DNA of 64,000 nucleotides from a virus. Lineage: Duplodnaviria; Caudoviricetes. The DNA is taken from positions 1 to 64,000 of the IMG/VR virus record IMGVR_UViG_3300033070_001518. One strand, written 5' to 3'. Shown piece by piece: positions 44,966 to 56,015 of this stretch (the first letter of the stretch is position 1; every line of letters starts with the position of its first letter). A program made the translations under genes and the position numbers. The notes beneath the pieces are model-generated. The model did no database searches, was not told the origin of the DNA, and saw only the letters and a list, made by a program, of their open reading frames with translations.

Positions 44966-46260
44966 ATTATTGTTTTTATTTTTTCATAAATATCTTTATT
45001 CAAAGTCCAGATTCCTAGGCCACATGATCCATTTTTGATCAATTTAAATCCTTCTAATTGTGAAAAAAATCTATTCACACCTTCAAATATTTCGACATCG
45101 TGAAATAATACTACTCCTGAGTCATTTACAAATTTTGACCAATTATAAAAATCCTGACTAACTGATTCATAGGAATGGAATCCATCAATATGTAGTATAT
45201 CGATTTTTTTAGCCCATATAGTAGATATATCTGTGAAATCACCCTTTATGATATTTACATTGATTTTATATTTGTTTTTTAGTTTAGTATATAGATCCAA
45301 AACATATTGCTTAGTATCTCTTAATCCAGCATGTGGATCACCTTGGAACCAATCTATACCATATACCTCTCCAATTTTTGGATAAGCAAAGCTAAACATT
45401 GAGAATCCCCAATCAACTCCCAATTCGACTATTATTTTTGGGCTTATGACCTTAGTGAGATCTATTGCAAAATCAAAGTGACCATTCCACGCAGATTCTT
45501 TTTCGGATATGTCTTTTTTATATTCTTCTTTTTGTAGATCTTTGGTATTTTGATTAAAATTGTCATAGTTTTTATTCATAGGAAATATATTTTTCCAGTA
45601 GTAATTATATCGTAAATCACATCCCTCATTTGAAATATTTTCAATATTAATGGATTTATCAATTGTTGCTTTATGTCCAGGATATGATTCAGTTGAGAAT
45701 CTATCTATATTATGTACATCCCAATTATTTATATTAAATAAACCTGAGCTAAACCAAAAAAATGTTCCACTGAAATGCCAATCGGAATATACCCATGGTG
45801 GACATGGATGATCTACTCTAAATATTCCTGCAAATATTACCTCACTTCCTAGATTTTTTTCAAGTATTTGAATACTTTCATCTCGTAGATTAAAATAATA
45901 CATACTTGATGTCCATTTTTCTACATTTGGATTTTTATAAGTAGATCCTTTACTGTGATGATAAAAAGTTATACTCTTTGGTGTCATTTCTGACTTTAAA
46001 CTTTTTAATTGATCTATGAAATATTCGGACTCTCTATTGGTTGGGTGATTTTTTACAAATTTATATATGGGATGGCCAATATTATTTTCAATTTTCAATT
46101 TTAATGATTCATCTAAATCAATATCTGTTGAGATATAAATTATCTTAACTCCATCGAAAATATGATAATATTCTTTAATATATTTTAGATTTACTCCAAG
46201 TGAATCTTCTACATTGTTTGGGTCGGAAAGATAGAGATAAGAAACCACATTTTTAACCAC
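44962..46260 (-). CDS. glycosyltransferase-like domain fused to a Methyltransf_24 domain
   Basis: FYHHSKG and HFSGTFFW; then VELGVDWG and ILHIDGFHSYE. Confidence 0.65.
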   Translation of the reverse strand: MVKNVVSYLYLSDPNNVEDSLGVNLKYIKEYYHIFDGVKIIYISTDIDLDESLKLKIENNIGHPIYKFVKNHPTNRESEYFIDQLKSLKSEMTPKSITFYHHSKGSTYKNPNVEKWTSSMYYFNLRDESIQILEKNLGSEVIFAGIFRVDHPCPPWVYSDWHFSGTFFWFSSGLFNINNWDVHNIDRFSTESYPGHKATIDKSINIENISNEGCDLRYNYYWKNIFPMNKNYDNFNQNTKDLQKEEYKKDISEKESAWNGHFDFAIDLTKVISPKIIVELGVDWGFSMFSFAYPKIGEVYGIDWFQGDPHAGLRDTKQYVLDLYTKLKNKYKINVNIIKGDFTDISTIWAKKIDILHIDGFHSYESVSQDFYNWSKFVNDSGVVLFHDVEIFEGVNRFFSQLEGFKLIKNGSCGLGIWTLNKDIYEKIKTII

Positions 46261-47356
46261 AGAAATTTAGATTATTTTTTATCCTAGATATATAGAAATC
46301 CGGCATTTTGTTTTCGGATAAGAGTCTTAGGCATATTTCTCTAGACTCTTCGCCGTGCCCGCTGTAAAAGGAACAAACAGAGAATTCATCTAAGATTCCA
46401 TAGTCATAAATCCATTTTTCGATAAACAATCCATCCATATGCGGATTTAATTTATTCAGAGCTATTTTACCAACCATATACCCTTGTTGATTCCATCCAT
46501 GTAACCTACATATTTGCATTATCCAATATAATGGCTCAACCCTATGTGGTGAATGCTCAAATGATTTATAGAAATCTTGTAAAACTTCCTCTTTTGGTGT
46601 AGAGGATTCGTTTTTTATTTTAGCTATGTTATATAGGCTAACAAATTCTTCTTCTCTCCAGAATCCTTGAGATGATCTAATTTTATAATTTTTTATTGCC
46701 AAATCTATTTCACCACAATCTCGATAGCTTTGAGCTAGATAAAAAGTATATCTAGACCTCATGTACTCATTTAATTCTGGATCTAGTAAGGCATTTTCTA
46801 ATAGAGATGCATCCTTTCTATACTTTTCTGGTCCACTTTTGTTTCTTTCCGAGTCTTGAAGTGGGTGGTTTTTAAATCCAGTGGCTAATCCAGAGGTTCC
46901 TTCCATGGCTAAAAATTCATGAACAACTCCCTCATACCTCAGGTCTTTTTTATTGGAAGTTATTTGTGGTCTTGGATATATTATTCCACCTAATATTGTG
47001 GAAACATTATAAATGTCATGTACTAAATTTGATTTGAATTCTATTGGATCGAATCCATCATCGAAGATTAGAATTTCATCAGCATCGATCATTAAAGCAT
47101 AATCGATGTGATCTACTTTTCTTAGTTTAGATAATGCTATTGTTCTATTATGAGAAAAATCAACCCATTCATTTTGAATTACTTCACCGGGAATGTTATT
47201 ATTACTTATCCAATTTCTAACTATATCTTGCGTTCCGTCAGTTGATCCTGTATCAGATACTAAAACGTAATCAATTAGTATTTTGACTGAGTTTAGACAT
47301 CTAAGTATTACGTGTGATTCATTTTTAACAATTAGACATAATCCGATTCTCTTCAT
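46253..47356 (-). CDS. GT2 glycosyltransferase with a TPR-like C-terminal region
   Basis: [28 protein letters not shown]; helical [11 protein letters not shown]...AIKNY. Confidence 0.82.
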   Translation of the reverse strand: MKRIGLCLIVKNESHVILRCLNSVKILIDYVLVSDTGSTDGTQDIVRNWISNNNIPGEVIQNEWVDFSHNRTIALSKLRKVDHIDYALMIDADEILIFDDGFDPIEFKSNLVHDIYNVSTILGGIIYPRPQITSNKKDLRYEGVVHEFLAMEGTSGLATGFKNHPLQDSERNKSGPEKYRKDASLLENALLDPELNEYMRSRYTFYLAQSYRDCGEIDLAIKNYKIRSSQGFWREEEFVSLYNIAKIKNESSTPKEEVLQDFYKSFEHSPHRVEPLYWIMQICRLHGWNQQGYMVGKIALNKLNPHMDGLFIEKWIYDYGILDEFSVCSFYSGHGEESREICLRLLSENKMPDFYISRIKNNLNFCG

Positions 47357-48396
47357 TTAAAATTGTCCTGATTCCTGAGATTTATTAGCAAATCTCTTTG
47401 ATCTTTGGATATATTTTTTGGTATCCTAATGGATATTCGTATATACATATCTCCCAAATGCCAATTATGTATAGGGACTCCCTTGCCCGATATTTTAATT
47501 GACTTACCATGTGTGGTTCCTGGGCTAATCGTGAAGGACACATCTCCATGTGGTGTTTTTATTTTAAAATCTCTACCTAATATTGCATCAATCACTGATA
47601 TTTCTTGTTCATATATTAGATTATTATCTTCTCGTTTGAAATTTGGATCGGGAATTTCCTCAACAAATATTTGAAGATCTCCAAAATCACCACCTTTTAT
47701 CCAACTTCCATAGGATGGCATAGACATATGAGTACCCTCAACAGCTCCCTTTGGTATCTGAATTTCTATTACTTCTTGCTTTGGTGATGTTCCCATACCA
47801 TGACATGACTTACATGGTTCCCTAGACACTTTCCCCTCTCCACTACACATTGTACAGACAACAGTTTGTCTTACTGTCCCAAATGGGGTTTGTTGTACCA
47901 TGGATCGATGTCCAGATCCATTACAAGGACCGCAAGTACTCATGTCTTTTCCGCCCCTCCCATCACATGTTTTACACTTATCTTGGCGTGTGAATTTTAT
48001 CTTCTTATTTGTTCCAGAGATTATCTCATTGATTGTTAAATCAACTTTTACCCTCAAATCTGGACCCTTTCTGCTTCTAGATCTTCCAGAAAATCCACCA
48101 CCGAAAATATCCCCAAATTGAGAGAATATGTCCTCCATATTGAATCCATGTCCCCTCCCACCACCAAAAGGATTGTTACCGCTGGATGATCCAAATCGAT
48201 CGTATTGTTGTTTCTTTTCGGGGTCTGATAGGATTTCAAATGCCTCTGCACATTCTTTGAATTTATCTTCGGATTGTTTATCGTCTGGATTTTTATCCGG
48301 GTGATATTTCATTGCGAGTTTTCTGTATGATTTTTTAATTTCATCTAATGAAGCTGATCTATCAACTTCCAATATTTTATAATAGTCTTTATTCAT
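47353..48396 (-). CDS. dnaJ: DnaJ chaperone
   Basis: J domain with HPD, G/F region, four CxxCxGxG repeats, C-terminal GDLQI/GDMYI. Confidence 0.95.
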   Translation of the reverse strand: MNKDYYKILEVDRSASLDEIKKSYRKLAMKYHPDKNPDDKQSEDKFKECAEAFEILSDPEKKQQYDRFGSSSGNNPFGGGRGHGFNMEDIFSQFGDIFGGGFSGRSRSRKGPDLRVKVDLTINEIISGTNKKIKFTRQDKCKTCDGRGGKDMSTCGPCNGSGHRSMVQQTPFGTVRQTVVCTMCSGEGKVSREPCKSCHGMGTSPKQEVIEIQIPKGAVEGTHMSMPSYGSWIKGGDFGDLQIFVEEIPDPNFKREDNNLIYEQEISVIDAILGRDFKIKTPHGDVSFTISPGTTHGKSIKISGKGVPIHNWHLGDMYIRISIRIPKNISKDQRDLLINLRNQDNFK

Positions 48397-48952
48397 GTAT
48401 ACCTAATCCGTTTTTAATTTTTAATTCTCTCAATTTTGATTTAATATTAGTGAATTCTTTAACTTCAGAAACCTTCAATGAGATAAAATCATCACATATT
48501 ATTGAAAGTAATGTTGGGTATTTATCAACATTTTCAAAATTGTCAAGAATAGAGATATTAGATTTTAATTTTTTTTTCAAGAAAATTAAACATTCCTCTA
48601 TGTCAAAGGTCAATTTAAATGCTTCTAGTCTTTCATCCTTGAAGATAGTTGGTGGCTTGATGAAATATTGATAATAAACTCTACGTATATATGGCAGAAC
48701 AAAGGATAAAGTATTTTCTGAATATTTATGTCCTTTTTCTTTTGGTAGATCCATTAAAAAAAATTCTTCATTAAATATTTCAGAATATTTCATAGCAGAT
48801 TTACAAATTGTGGTAAATTTATCACCATCTGATTTATCCATTCCATTTGATAGTAAATTGTAGTAGATATCACTATCGTAATCCATTAGAGATGTCTTTT
48901 TTGGTCTATCACTTGAATATATCAATTCTAGAACTTCTCTACGATCCTTCAT
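48389..48952 (-). CDS. hypothetical protein, C-terminal RELKIKNGL tag
   Basis: 187-aa ORF between grpE and dnaJ. Confidence 0.65.
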   Translation of the reverse strand: MKDRREVLELIYSSDRPKKTSLMDYDSDIYYNLLSNGMDKSDGDKFTTICKSAMKYSEIFNEEFFLMDLPKEKGHKYSENTLSFVLPYIRRVYYQYFIKPPTIFKDERLEAFKLTFDIEECLIFLKKKLKSNISILDNFENVDKYPTLLSIICDDFISLKVSEVKEFTNIKSKLRELKIKNGLGIHE

Positions 48953-49410
48953 CTAGATAATATAATTTTTGGATATCTTATAATTTTATCTCCGATTTTA
49001 TACCCCTTTGAAACAACATCTATTACTTTTTCACCGTCACCGGTTTCTAAAATATTAATGACTTCGTGTAGATCTTTATTATAGATTGATGTTTCTATTT
49101 CCTTAATTCCTTGGGACTCTAGAAAGGATTTTATTTTATTTACTATTAGATTCACACCCTGTGGAATTTCTTTAAATGATTTTAATGCAATGTTAAGATC
49201 ATTATCCATGTCTAGGATCGGATCTATCATTTTACTTTTAGTATTTAAGATAGCATCTTCTTTCTCTTTGAACATTCTTTTTTTAAGATTTTCCATGTCT
49301 GCATACAATCTAATGTACATATCTTTCCAATCCGTTACTACCTCATGATTTGATGCAGGATTTGTCATTTCTTCCTCAATAATTTCTTGATTTTCTTTTG
49401 CTTTTTTCAT
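48949..49410 (-). CDS. grpE: GrpE nucleotide exchange factor
   Basis: YIRLYADMENLKKR, LHEVI, VVSKGYKIGDKIIRYPKI. Confidence 0.9.
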   Translation of the reverse strand: MKKAKENQEIIEEEMTNPASNHEVVTDWKDMYIRLYADMENLKKRMFKEKEDAILNTKSKMIDPILDMDNDLNIALKSFKEIPQGVNLIVNKIKSFLESQGIKEIETSIYNKDLHEVINILETGDGEKVIDVVSKGYKIGDKIIRYPKIILSR

Positions 49411-49895
49411 TAATAGTTAAATGATAGTAATTTTTTTATAGAATTTGAACTCAAAAAATCATATGTTCCGAACTGATCAGTAACTTGTGTTATTTCCAAT
49501 TCTTCAATATCTGATTTGATTTCTGTCATATACTTTTCTAAGTCTTTAAGACCTTTTTTATAGGATGGATCAGCGTTCCAATATTCAGGGAATTTATCTA
49601 AAAACTTATCTATAGCAATTGATAAAGTTTTTTTCCTTATTAGTACTTGATTTTGATTATTAATTGATTTGTTGGTCAATAGATCAACGATGTACGTATT
49701 AAATTTGTGTATTAGATTGTCCGTTTCTATGACTTTTAAAATACCAATTATCAAAGCATCCCTTTCTGTTATTTCAAATTCTTGATTTTCCTTTAGAATT
49801 TTTTCACCTTCTTTGTCAGATCCTAGAATATAATAAACATAATTATCCCAAGAACACCTCTTCACTATATCTTCCGGAGTGAGCAATATCTTCAT
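49410..49895 (-). CDS. hypothetical protein
   Basis: 161-aa ORF heading the grpE-dnaJ operon. Confidence 0.7.
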   Translation of the reverse strand: MKILLTPEDIVKRCSWDNYVYYILGSDKEGEKILKENQEFEITERDALIIGILKVIETDNLIHKFNTYIVDLLTNKSINNQNQVLIRKKTLSIAIDKFLDKFPEYWNADPSYKKGLKDLEKYMTEIKSDIEELEITQVTDQFGTYDFLSSNSIKKLLSFNY

Positions 49896-49942
49896 ATTAA
49901 ACGTAAGTTTATTAAATATATGAAAATATCACACCTAAGTTT

Positions 49943-49950
49943 AATATATA
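49943..49950 (+). promoter_or_regulatory. putative late promoter octamer
   Basis: AATATATA 5 nt before ATG 49956. Confidence 0.65.
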
Positions 49951-49955
49951 ATCCG

Positions 49956-51182
49956 ATGATTACTTATAATGAATTTATATTGGAAAGGGTAATAAATGAA
50001 TCTATTTTTAATTATTCGGATAATTTTCAGAAAGTTTTATTAAGAATTAATTCACCAATTTCCAAAAAGTTAATAAGTATCAAAGGTGAAGATATAAACG
50101 CATCTCAAAATTATATTGATTTGATTTTGAGTGAGGATGATATGGTGACTTTTATATCCGATGCTAAATCAAACGAAATAATCGGAAGTGAAAAGCCACT
50201 ATTTAGAGTTATTGAGGAGGATAGATTTTTAATTAAATCTCCAAAAAATAAATTTATTTTTGATAGGTTAGGTATTGATATGGATGGTGATTATTTTCAA
50301 GAGCCTAGTGAGGGTGATATAGGTATAGTTTCAAATGAGGCTCTTGGGTCACATGGTACTTATGTTTTATTTGAGTATTTTAAATCTACTGATGAATCGA
50401 AAGTAGGAAAGAAAGTTATTTTAAATAAAGAGTGTATTGTTACTAATGCCCCCGATATTTCTAAAGTTTGGACTACAAATCGAAATAAAGTAAAAATAGG
50501 TAGATTTGTTAGGAGTATTTTAAAGGCAAATGATATTGACTTTTCTGACAAAGAAATAGAGATGTTTGTTAATTCATATAAATCTGAGATCGAGCTTATA
50601 AATAATGCCTTTATGAAATTCGATGTGATCGAAGGTGACTTGATTTCTGAATTTTATTTTTATACCAAATATTCAATTCTAGCTGGAACATTGGGTAATT
50701 CTTGTATGAAAAATAAGCCAAAAAACTATTTTGATTTATATTGTAAGAATCCGGATAAGATTAAATTAGTTGTCCTTTACAATGATAATGGTGAAATCAT
50801 CAATGGTAAGTATTCTTCTAATTTCATAACTGGCCGAGCTCTATTGTGGAAGACTGATCAGGGAGATACTATCATGGATAGAGTTTATACTATCCATGAT
50901 AAAGACGTAGAACTTTTTAAGAAATTTGCCGAAAAAAATAATTGGTGGTATAAAAAAATTCAAAATTCGGAAGTTAAATTTACCGCACAAAGAGGCGAAG
51001 AAATAAAAACTGATGAAGAATATACGATAGGTCTTTCGAATGTTAATTTTGATCGATATCCGTTTGTAGATACCTTTGCTTATCTTGATAAGGAAGGTAA
51101 AATGATTTCAAATAGATCAAGACATCCTTTTATTTGGTCTATGGGAAATACAGATGGTACTTTACAACAACAGAGGAACTAA
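49956..51182 (+). CDS. putative internal head protein
   Basis: Starts MITYNEFILE, close to the T4 capsid-targeting sequence MKTYQEFIAE; contains GNSCM, GRALLW, MDRVY. Confidence 0.65.
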   Translation: MITYNEFILERVINESIFNYSDNFQKVLLRINSPISKKLISIKGEDINASQNYIDLILSEDDMVTFISDAKSNEIIGSEKPLFRVIEEDRFLIKSPKNKFIFDRLGIDMDGDYFQEPSEGDIGIVSNEALGSHGTYVLFEYFKSTDESKVGKKVILNKECIVTNAPDISKVWTTNRNKVKIGRFVRSILKANDIDFSDKEIEMFVNSYKSEIELINNAFMKFDVIEGDLISEFYFYTKYSILAGTLGNSCMKNKPKNYFDLYCKNPDKIKLVVLYNDNGEIINGKYSSNFITGRALLWKTDQGDTIMDRVYTIHDKDVELFKKFAEKNNWWYKKIQNSEVKFTAQRGEEIKTDEEYTIGLSNVNFDRYPFVDTFAYLDKEGKMISNRSRHPFIWSMGNTDGTLQQQRN

Positions 51183-51210
51183 AAAAGGGGGATGAAAATC
51201 CCCCTTTTTT
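51181..51210. terminator. bidirectional rho-independent terminator
   Basis: AAAAAAGGGGGAT-GAAA-ATCCCCCTTTTTT between convergent genes. Confidence 0.88.
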
Positions 51211-51217
51211 ACCCCCT

Positions 51218-53077
51218 TTACTTTACCTCTTCATAATTAACATCTTGTGGTTGATCACTATTATCTGTAGGTGTAGATTGTTGATATAGATTGGTGCTTA
51301 TTCTAGCCCAGGTATCATTCAATTTAGTCATAGATACTTCCAACTCATCCATATTTTGTGATGAGTGTGCTGATTTTAGACTATCGACTGATGATTTTAG
51401 ATCAGATTTATCTTGATCAGATAGTTTATCATCAAATTCTTTAATTTGTTTTTCTGTTTGGAAAATTAAAGCATCTGCTTGATTCAATTTATCAATTTTC
51501 TCTCTCTCTATTTTATCAGATTCTGCGTTATCTTCGGCTTCTTTTTTCATTCTTTCAATTTCCTCTTTTGATAATTGTGATCCTCCTTCAATACGAATTT
51601 TATTCTCCTTTCCAGTTGATTTATCCTTCGCGTGAACTGATAGAACCCCATTTACGTCGATATCCAACGAAACTTCGATCTGTGGAATTCCCCTAGGGGC
51701 TGGCATTATACCATCTAGATGAAACCTTCCTAAGCTTCTATTATCTCTAGCCATTGGCCTTTCTCCTTGCAGGACATGGATTTCAACAGATGGTTGACTG
51801 TCCGATGCTGTTGAGAATGTTTCTGATTTTTTTGTTGGTATTGTTGTATTTGCATCTATTAGTTTTGTGAAAACTCCACCCATAGTTTCAATTCCAAGAC
51901 TTAGGGGAGTAACATCTAGTAGAAGAACATCACTTATTCCTCCGGTCAAGACAGCTCCTTGAATTGCTGCTCCTATCGCAACAACTTCATCTGGGTTAAC
52001 GGATTTATTTGGTTTTTTACCAAACATTTTCTCGATAGCATCTTGTAGGGATGGGATTCTAGTGGATCCGCCGACAAGTATTAGTTCATCAATATCACTT
52101 TCGTTTAGATTTGATTTTTTTAAAGCAGTTTTTGCACAGTTTATAGCTCTGTCAACTAGTTTGTGGGTCATTTGATCAAATTTAGCCCTTGTCAATTTCT
52201 TAACAAAGTGTAATGGGACATTATCCTTTACTGTAATATATGGTAAATTTATATCACTCTCTGTTGTTGAGCTTAATTCAATTTTTGCTTTTTCAGCGGC
52301 GTCTTTTAGTCTTTGGAGAGCCATCGCATCTTTGGATAGATCCATATTGTGTTCAGATTTGAAATCTGAAATCATCCAATTGATTATCTCATTATCAAAA
52401 TCATCACCTCCTAAGTGAACATCACCATCAGTAGATTTTACTTCAAAAACACCATCTCCCATCTCTAATACCGATACATCATGAGTGCCACCACCAGTAT
52501 CGAAAACTAATATTTTTGAATCTGTATTTTTCTTATCCAATCCATATGCTAAAGCTGCTGCGGTTGGTTCATTTATAATTCTCTCAACCTTTAGTCCCGC
52601 GATTTGACCAGCTTCAATTGTGGCAGTCCTTTCAGCATCTCCAAAATATGCCGGAACTGTGATGACAGCCCTTGTAACCTCATATCCCAAATAATCCTCT
52701 GCTGTCTTTTTCATTTTTTGAAGAATCATTGCAGATATTTCTTGTGGAGTATAAATCTTTCCATCAATATCAACTCCCGGAACATTTGATCCGGTTTTAA
52801 CAACCTTGTAGGGGACTAATTTTGCATCGGATGTGCAGTTAGAGTAGTCCTTTCCAATAAATCTTTTAATTGAAAATACTGTCTTTGTTGGATTTGTTAC
52901 TGCTTGTCTTTTTGCTGGGTCACCAACTCTTCTATCCGAATCAGTAAATCCAACTATCGATGGTGTGGTTCTTTTACCCTCGCTATTTGTAATAACTATT
53001 GGCTCTCCCCCCTCAACGATAGCAACACAAGAATTTGTTGTTCCAAGATCTATCCCTATAATTACGTCTTTTTTCAT
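51218..53077 (-). CDS. dnaK: DnaK (Hsp70)
   Basis: [43 protein letters not shown], tail VNYEEVK. Confidence 0.97.
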   Translation of the reverse strand: MKKDVIIGIDLGTTNSCVAIVEGGEPIVITNSEGKRTTPSIVGFTDSDRRVGDPAKRQAVTNPTKTVFSIKRFIGKDYSNCTSDAKLVPYKVVKTGSNVPGVDIDGKIYTPQEISAMILQKMKKTAEDYLGYEVTRAVITVPAYFGDAERTATIEAGQIAGLKVERIINEPTAAALAYGLDKKNTDSKILVFDTGGGTHDVSVLEMGDGVFEVKSTDGDVHLGGDDFDNEIINWMISDFKSEHNMDLSKDAMALQRLKDAAEKAKIELSSTTESDINLPYITVKDNVPLHFVKKLTRAKFDQMTHKLVDRAINCAKTALKKSNLNESDIDELILVGGSTRIPSLQDAIEKMFGKKPNKSVNPDEVVAIGAAIQGAVLTGGISDVLLLDVTPLSLGIETMGGVFTKLIDANTTIPTKKSETFSTASDSQPSVEIHVLQGERPMARDNRSLGRFHLDGIMPAPRGIPQIEVSLDIDVNGVLSVHAKDKSTGKENKIRIEGGSQLSKEEIERMKKEAEDNAESDKIEREKIDKLNQADALIFQTEKQIKEFDDKLSDQDKSDLKSSVDSLKSAHSSQNMDELEVSMTKLNDTWARISTNLYQQSTPTDNSDQPQDVNYEEVK

Positions 53078-53103
53078 ATTTTATTTTTATTTTTATTTAG
53101 TTT

Positions 53104-53119
53104 ATCAAAAATCGTGCCA
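53104..53119 (-). promoter_or_regulatory. sigma54-like (-24/-12) promoter upstream of dnaK
   Basis: TGGCAC-GATTT-TTGAT versus consensus TGGCAC-N5-TTGC; 26 nt before the ATG. Confidence 0.55.
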
Positions 53120-53198
53120 AAGTTAGTTTGTCATGCTGTTAATAACCCACTTCGATTTTAATATATATTCCACATTGTAAAAAGTTGTCCAAAAATCT

Positions 53199-53693
53199 AT
53201 GATTATTAAAAAATATTCTGAACACTCTGAATTTCAAAAAGATATTGATATGCTTAATAATATTCGAGATATTTTCATTGATGTTGAAGACGAGTTTAAT
53301 ATAGATTTGGAATATGAATTTATTAGTCCATCATATAATTCATCTAAAGATCCAAATTGGGTTTATATGAAATCATATGATGTTGATGGTAAAATGAATT
53401 ATGATCTTACTCAAAAATTTAACCCACTTCTTATAAATAAAAGATGGATGATTAGACATAACAACATATCTTCAGAAGAAAGGTCTCAAGGATTGCCGTT
53501 ATCAAAGCTGATTGTAAAATTACGATCTCTGATTGAGAGAGTCGAGCATGCTTATGACCTATCTACTCAACATGATCTCTCATATTGTACAGTAATTGAT
53601 CGCGGTAATTCTCGAGTTATCTATTTTAATTCTAGTGTTTTACCGAATACTGAAACTATGCGATCATTTATGTTTCAAATAGATTTTATTTAG
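53199..53693 (+). CDS. putative internal head protein (acidic N-module family)
   Basis: MIIKKYSEHSE...IRDIFIDVEDEFNI; palindromic AATATATATT at 53160-53169. Confidence 0.6.
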   Translation: MIIKKYSEHSEFQKDIDMLNNIRDIFIDVEDEFNIDLEYEFISPSYNSSKDPNWVYMKSYDVDGKMNYDLTQKFNPLLINKRWMIRHNNISSEERSQGLPLSKLIVKLRSLIERVEHAYDLSTQHDLSYCTVIDRGNSRVIYFNSSVLPNTETMRSFMFQIDFI

Positions 53694-53736
53694 TCGGTAA
53701 AAAATCCATGTATATTCATATACCTTAAATATATTT

Positions 53737-53744
53737 TATAAATA
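53737..53744 (+). promoter_or_regulatory. T4-consensus late promoter TATAAATA
   Basis: Exact TATAAATA 4 nt before ATG 53749. Confidence 0.6.
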
Positions 53745-53748
53745 TCTT

Positions 53749-54828
53749 ATGGTGTATTATGTATATGTTTATTTGAATCCTCTGAAGAGTGGAAATTTTA
53801 ACTATGGTGATATTTCTTTTGATTATGAGCCATTTTATGTTGGAAAGGGACATGGTGATAGATTAAATCACCATCTTAAAAAGGTTAAAAATAAAAACAA
53901 AATTAACCAATGTGAGAAATTCAGATTAATAGAAAGTATTTTATCCACAGGTGAGAGTCCAATAATAATAAAAATATTTGATAACCTCGGGGAAATGGAT
54001 TCCCTTCGTCTAGAGAAAGAGATAATTCAGCGTATTGGAAGAGTTAATTTAGAATCTGGTCCATTGACCAATTTAAATGATGGTGGTCAAACACCACAAC
54101 TGAATTACAAACACTCAGAAGAAAGTAAGAGAAGGATATCAGAAGGTGGAAAGAAATCCCCCACAAGATTTATAGAATTAATATCTCCCAATGGAATTAG
54201 ATATGATAAAATAAAACTATCATCCTTTTGTAAAGAGAATAATCTAAACTATGATGTGATGAGGAAAAATGCTAATCGAGGAAAAATTAAAATACGATAT
54301 AAGCAAAAGTCAAATACTGAGACTATCAATTGTGAAGGGTGGGAAGTTTTAAATTATAAGATTAATAGAAAAGAACCCTATTTGAAAATAAAATATTTAT
54401 TAGTATCTCCAGATGGTAGGGAATATAAAATATCCTCAAGAGATACGTTGGAAGATATTTCCAAGTCACTATTCTTAAATTTAAGAATACTAAGGTTATA
54501 TAGAAATCGTGGTAGAATAGATTTGCGTAACATTAATCAATGCAAACTTGAGTCATCAAGAAATTGTCAGGGATGGGAATTCATTGACTATAAGAGAGAT
54601 AAAAATTATAAAGAATTTGAGTCGAGTCGAATAGAGTCATGGGAAGCTACCTCTCCGGTGGGGGAGGTATTCTACACATCTAATCTGGCATTGTTTTGTA
54701 GAAATCATAGTCTATCATATAGGACATTTCAAACATTCAAAAATAAAACGATAAAAATGCCAATCAGGAGCAATTTTTCTGATAAGATTATAAATTCTAT
54801 AGGGTGGTCTATTAAAAAACTGAATTAG
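53749..54828 (+). mobile_element. free-standing GIY-YIG homing endonuclease
   Basis: YYVYVYLNP...FYVGKG...R, NUMOD3-like HSEESKRRISE, three SPxG...GW repeats. Confidence 0.82.
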
Positions 54829-56011
54829 AATCTATCCACTTTCTAGCATTGAGAAGATCTTTAGTATCGGACAAAATCTTGGATTTAATTAAAGAAATTT
54901 TATCCTTCCCATTTATTACACCGATAGCTATTGGGAAAAGCCTATTCTTATTGTTTTTAATAGCAAAGTCCTTTTTGGATCCAGTGTATTCTGATAGTAA
55001 GTTATCAATTTTAAGAGAAATTGATTTAATGTAATTATTAATCACATTGGTTATGTTTGATATTTCATTTCTCTTTTCATCATTCTCAGGAAGCTGGGAA
55101 ACAACATCATCGATTGTTTCTTCCACTATCATTTTTATTAGGATATTTTCCCTGTTTATTTGATCAGTGAATAAAGAATGTCTTTCAATGTACCATGGTG
55201 ATTTTATTTTAACCATCTTGCCATTTTCAAATTGTACCACTACACCTTCTTTATCTACTGATTTTAAAATAACTTCCCTTATTGAATCTAAGGTATGTCC
55301 ATTTTCGGACTCTACAACAGAAATTCCATCATATTGATTAGTATAATCATTTAAGTCTAGATATTCTCCAGTATTGTTATTTCTGAGACGAAGTAATATT
55401 AATTTGGTATTAGTGTATGGTAATACAATTCGATTTCGTGGTGAGACAAATTCAAAAATAGGGATTATATCACTATCAAGTGCCCATTTAACAAATCTTT
55501 GAATATTTATATCCTCATCATATATTTTTTGAATTTCGATAGCTTGATCAGATTCAAAAGAAGCTTTAGACCTACCCTTAATTGATCCATCAGGAAGCAT
55601 TATAAATGATGCGATAGATCCATCTTCTTTGTTGAATATGTTTTTTATTTTATAATCCTTAATCACGGAATACATTGAGCATGGGGTTTGATCCACGTTG
55701 AAAAATTTATCTAAAAGAAGATATCTTTTAAAAATAGATCCATCTTTATTGAATACGAATGTTAGTCCTCTCATTTCATGAGACTTAATTTCTTTTTTAT
55801 CAGAAATTGGGTTATCAAAGTGAGACCACATAGCTAATCTATAATTAAAAATAGAAATATTGAATCCGTCTACAGTGTGTTTAGATTCGTAGAAAATAAA
55901 ATTATCATGTGTGTCACATATCAATCTAGCCTCTTCGTATGATGGTAAGAAATATCCATGGTCACTAATCTTCTTTTCTAGAATAAATCGGGAGTAATTG
56001 AAAATTGACAT
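54812..56011 (-). CDS. rnlA: T4 Rnl1-like RNA ligase with capsid-targeting-like N-terminus
   Basis: KEDGS (motif I), FEFVSPRNRIV, EGVV, VKIKSPWY; start MSIFNYSRFILE at 56011. Confidence 0.88.
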   Translation of the reverse strand: MSIFNYSRFILEKKISDHGYFLPSYEEARLICDTHDNFIFYESKHTVDGFNISIFNYRLAMWSHFDNPISDKKEIKSHEMRGLTFVFNKDGSIFKRYLLLDKFFNVDQTPCSMYSVIKDYKIKNIFNKEDGSIASFIMLPDGSIKGRSKASFESDQAIEIQKIYDEDINIQRFVKWALDSDIIPIFEFVSPRNRIVLPYTNTKLILLRLRNNNTGEYLDLNDYTNQYDGISVVESENGHTLDSIREVILKSVDKEGVVVQFENGKMVKIKSPWYIERHSLFTDQINRENILIKMIVEETIDDVVSQLPENDEKRNEISNITNVINNYIKSISLKIDNLLSEYTGSKKDFAIKNNKNRLFPIAIGVINGKDKISLIKSKILSDTKDLLNARKWIDSNSVF

Positions 56012-56015
56012 AAAA

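Noticed and set aside
37861-53077. Inteins in ClpC or DnaK
   Set aside because: Motif spacing and lengths are normal, with no C/S...HN-C/S/T insertions.
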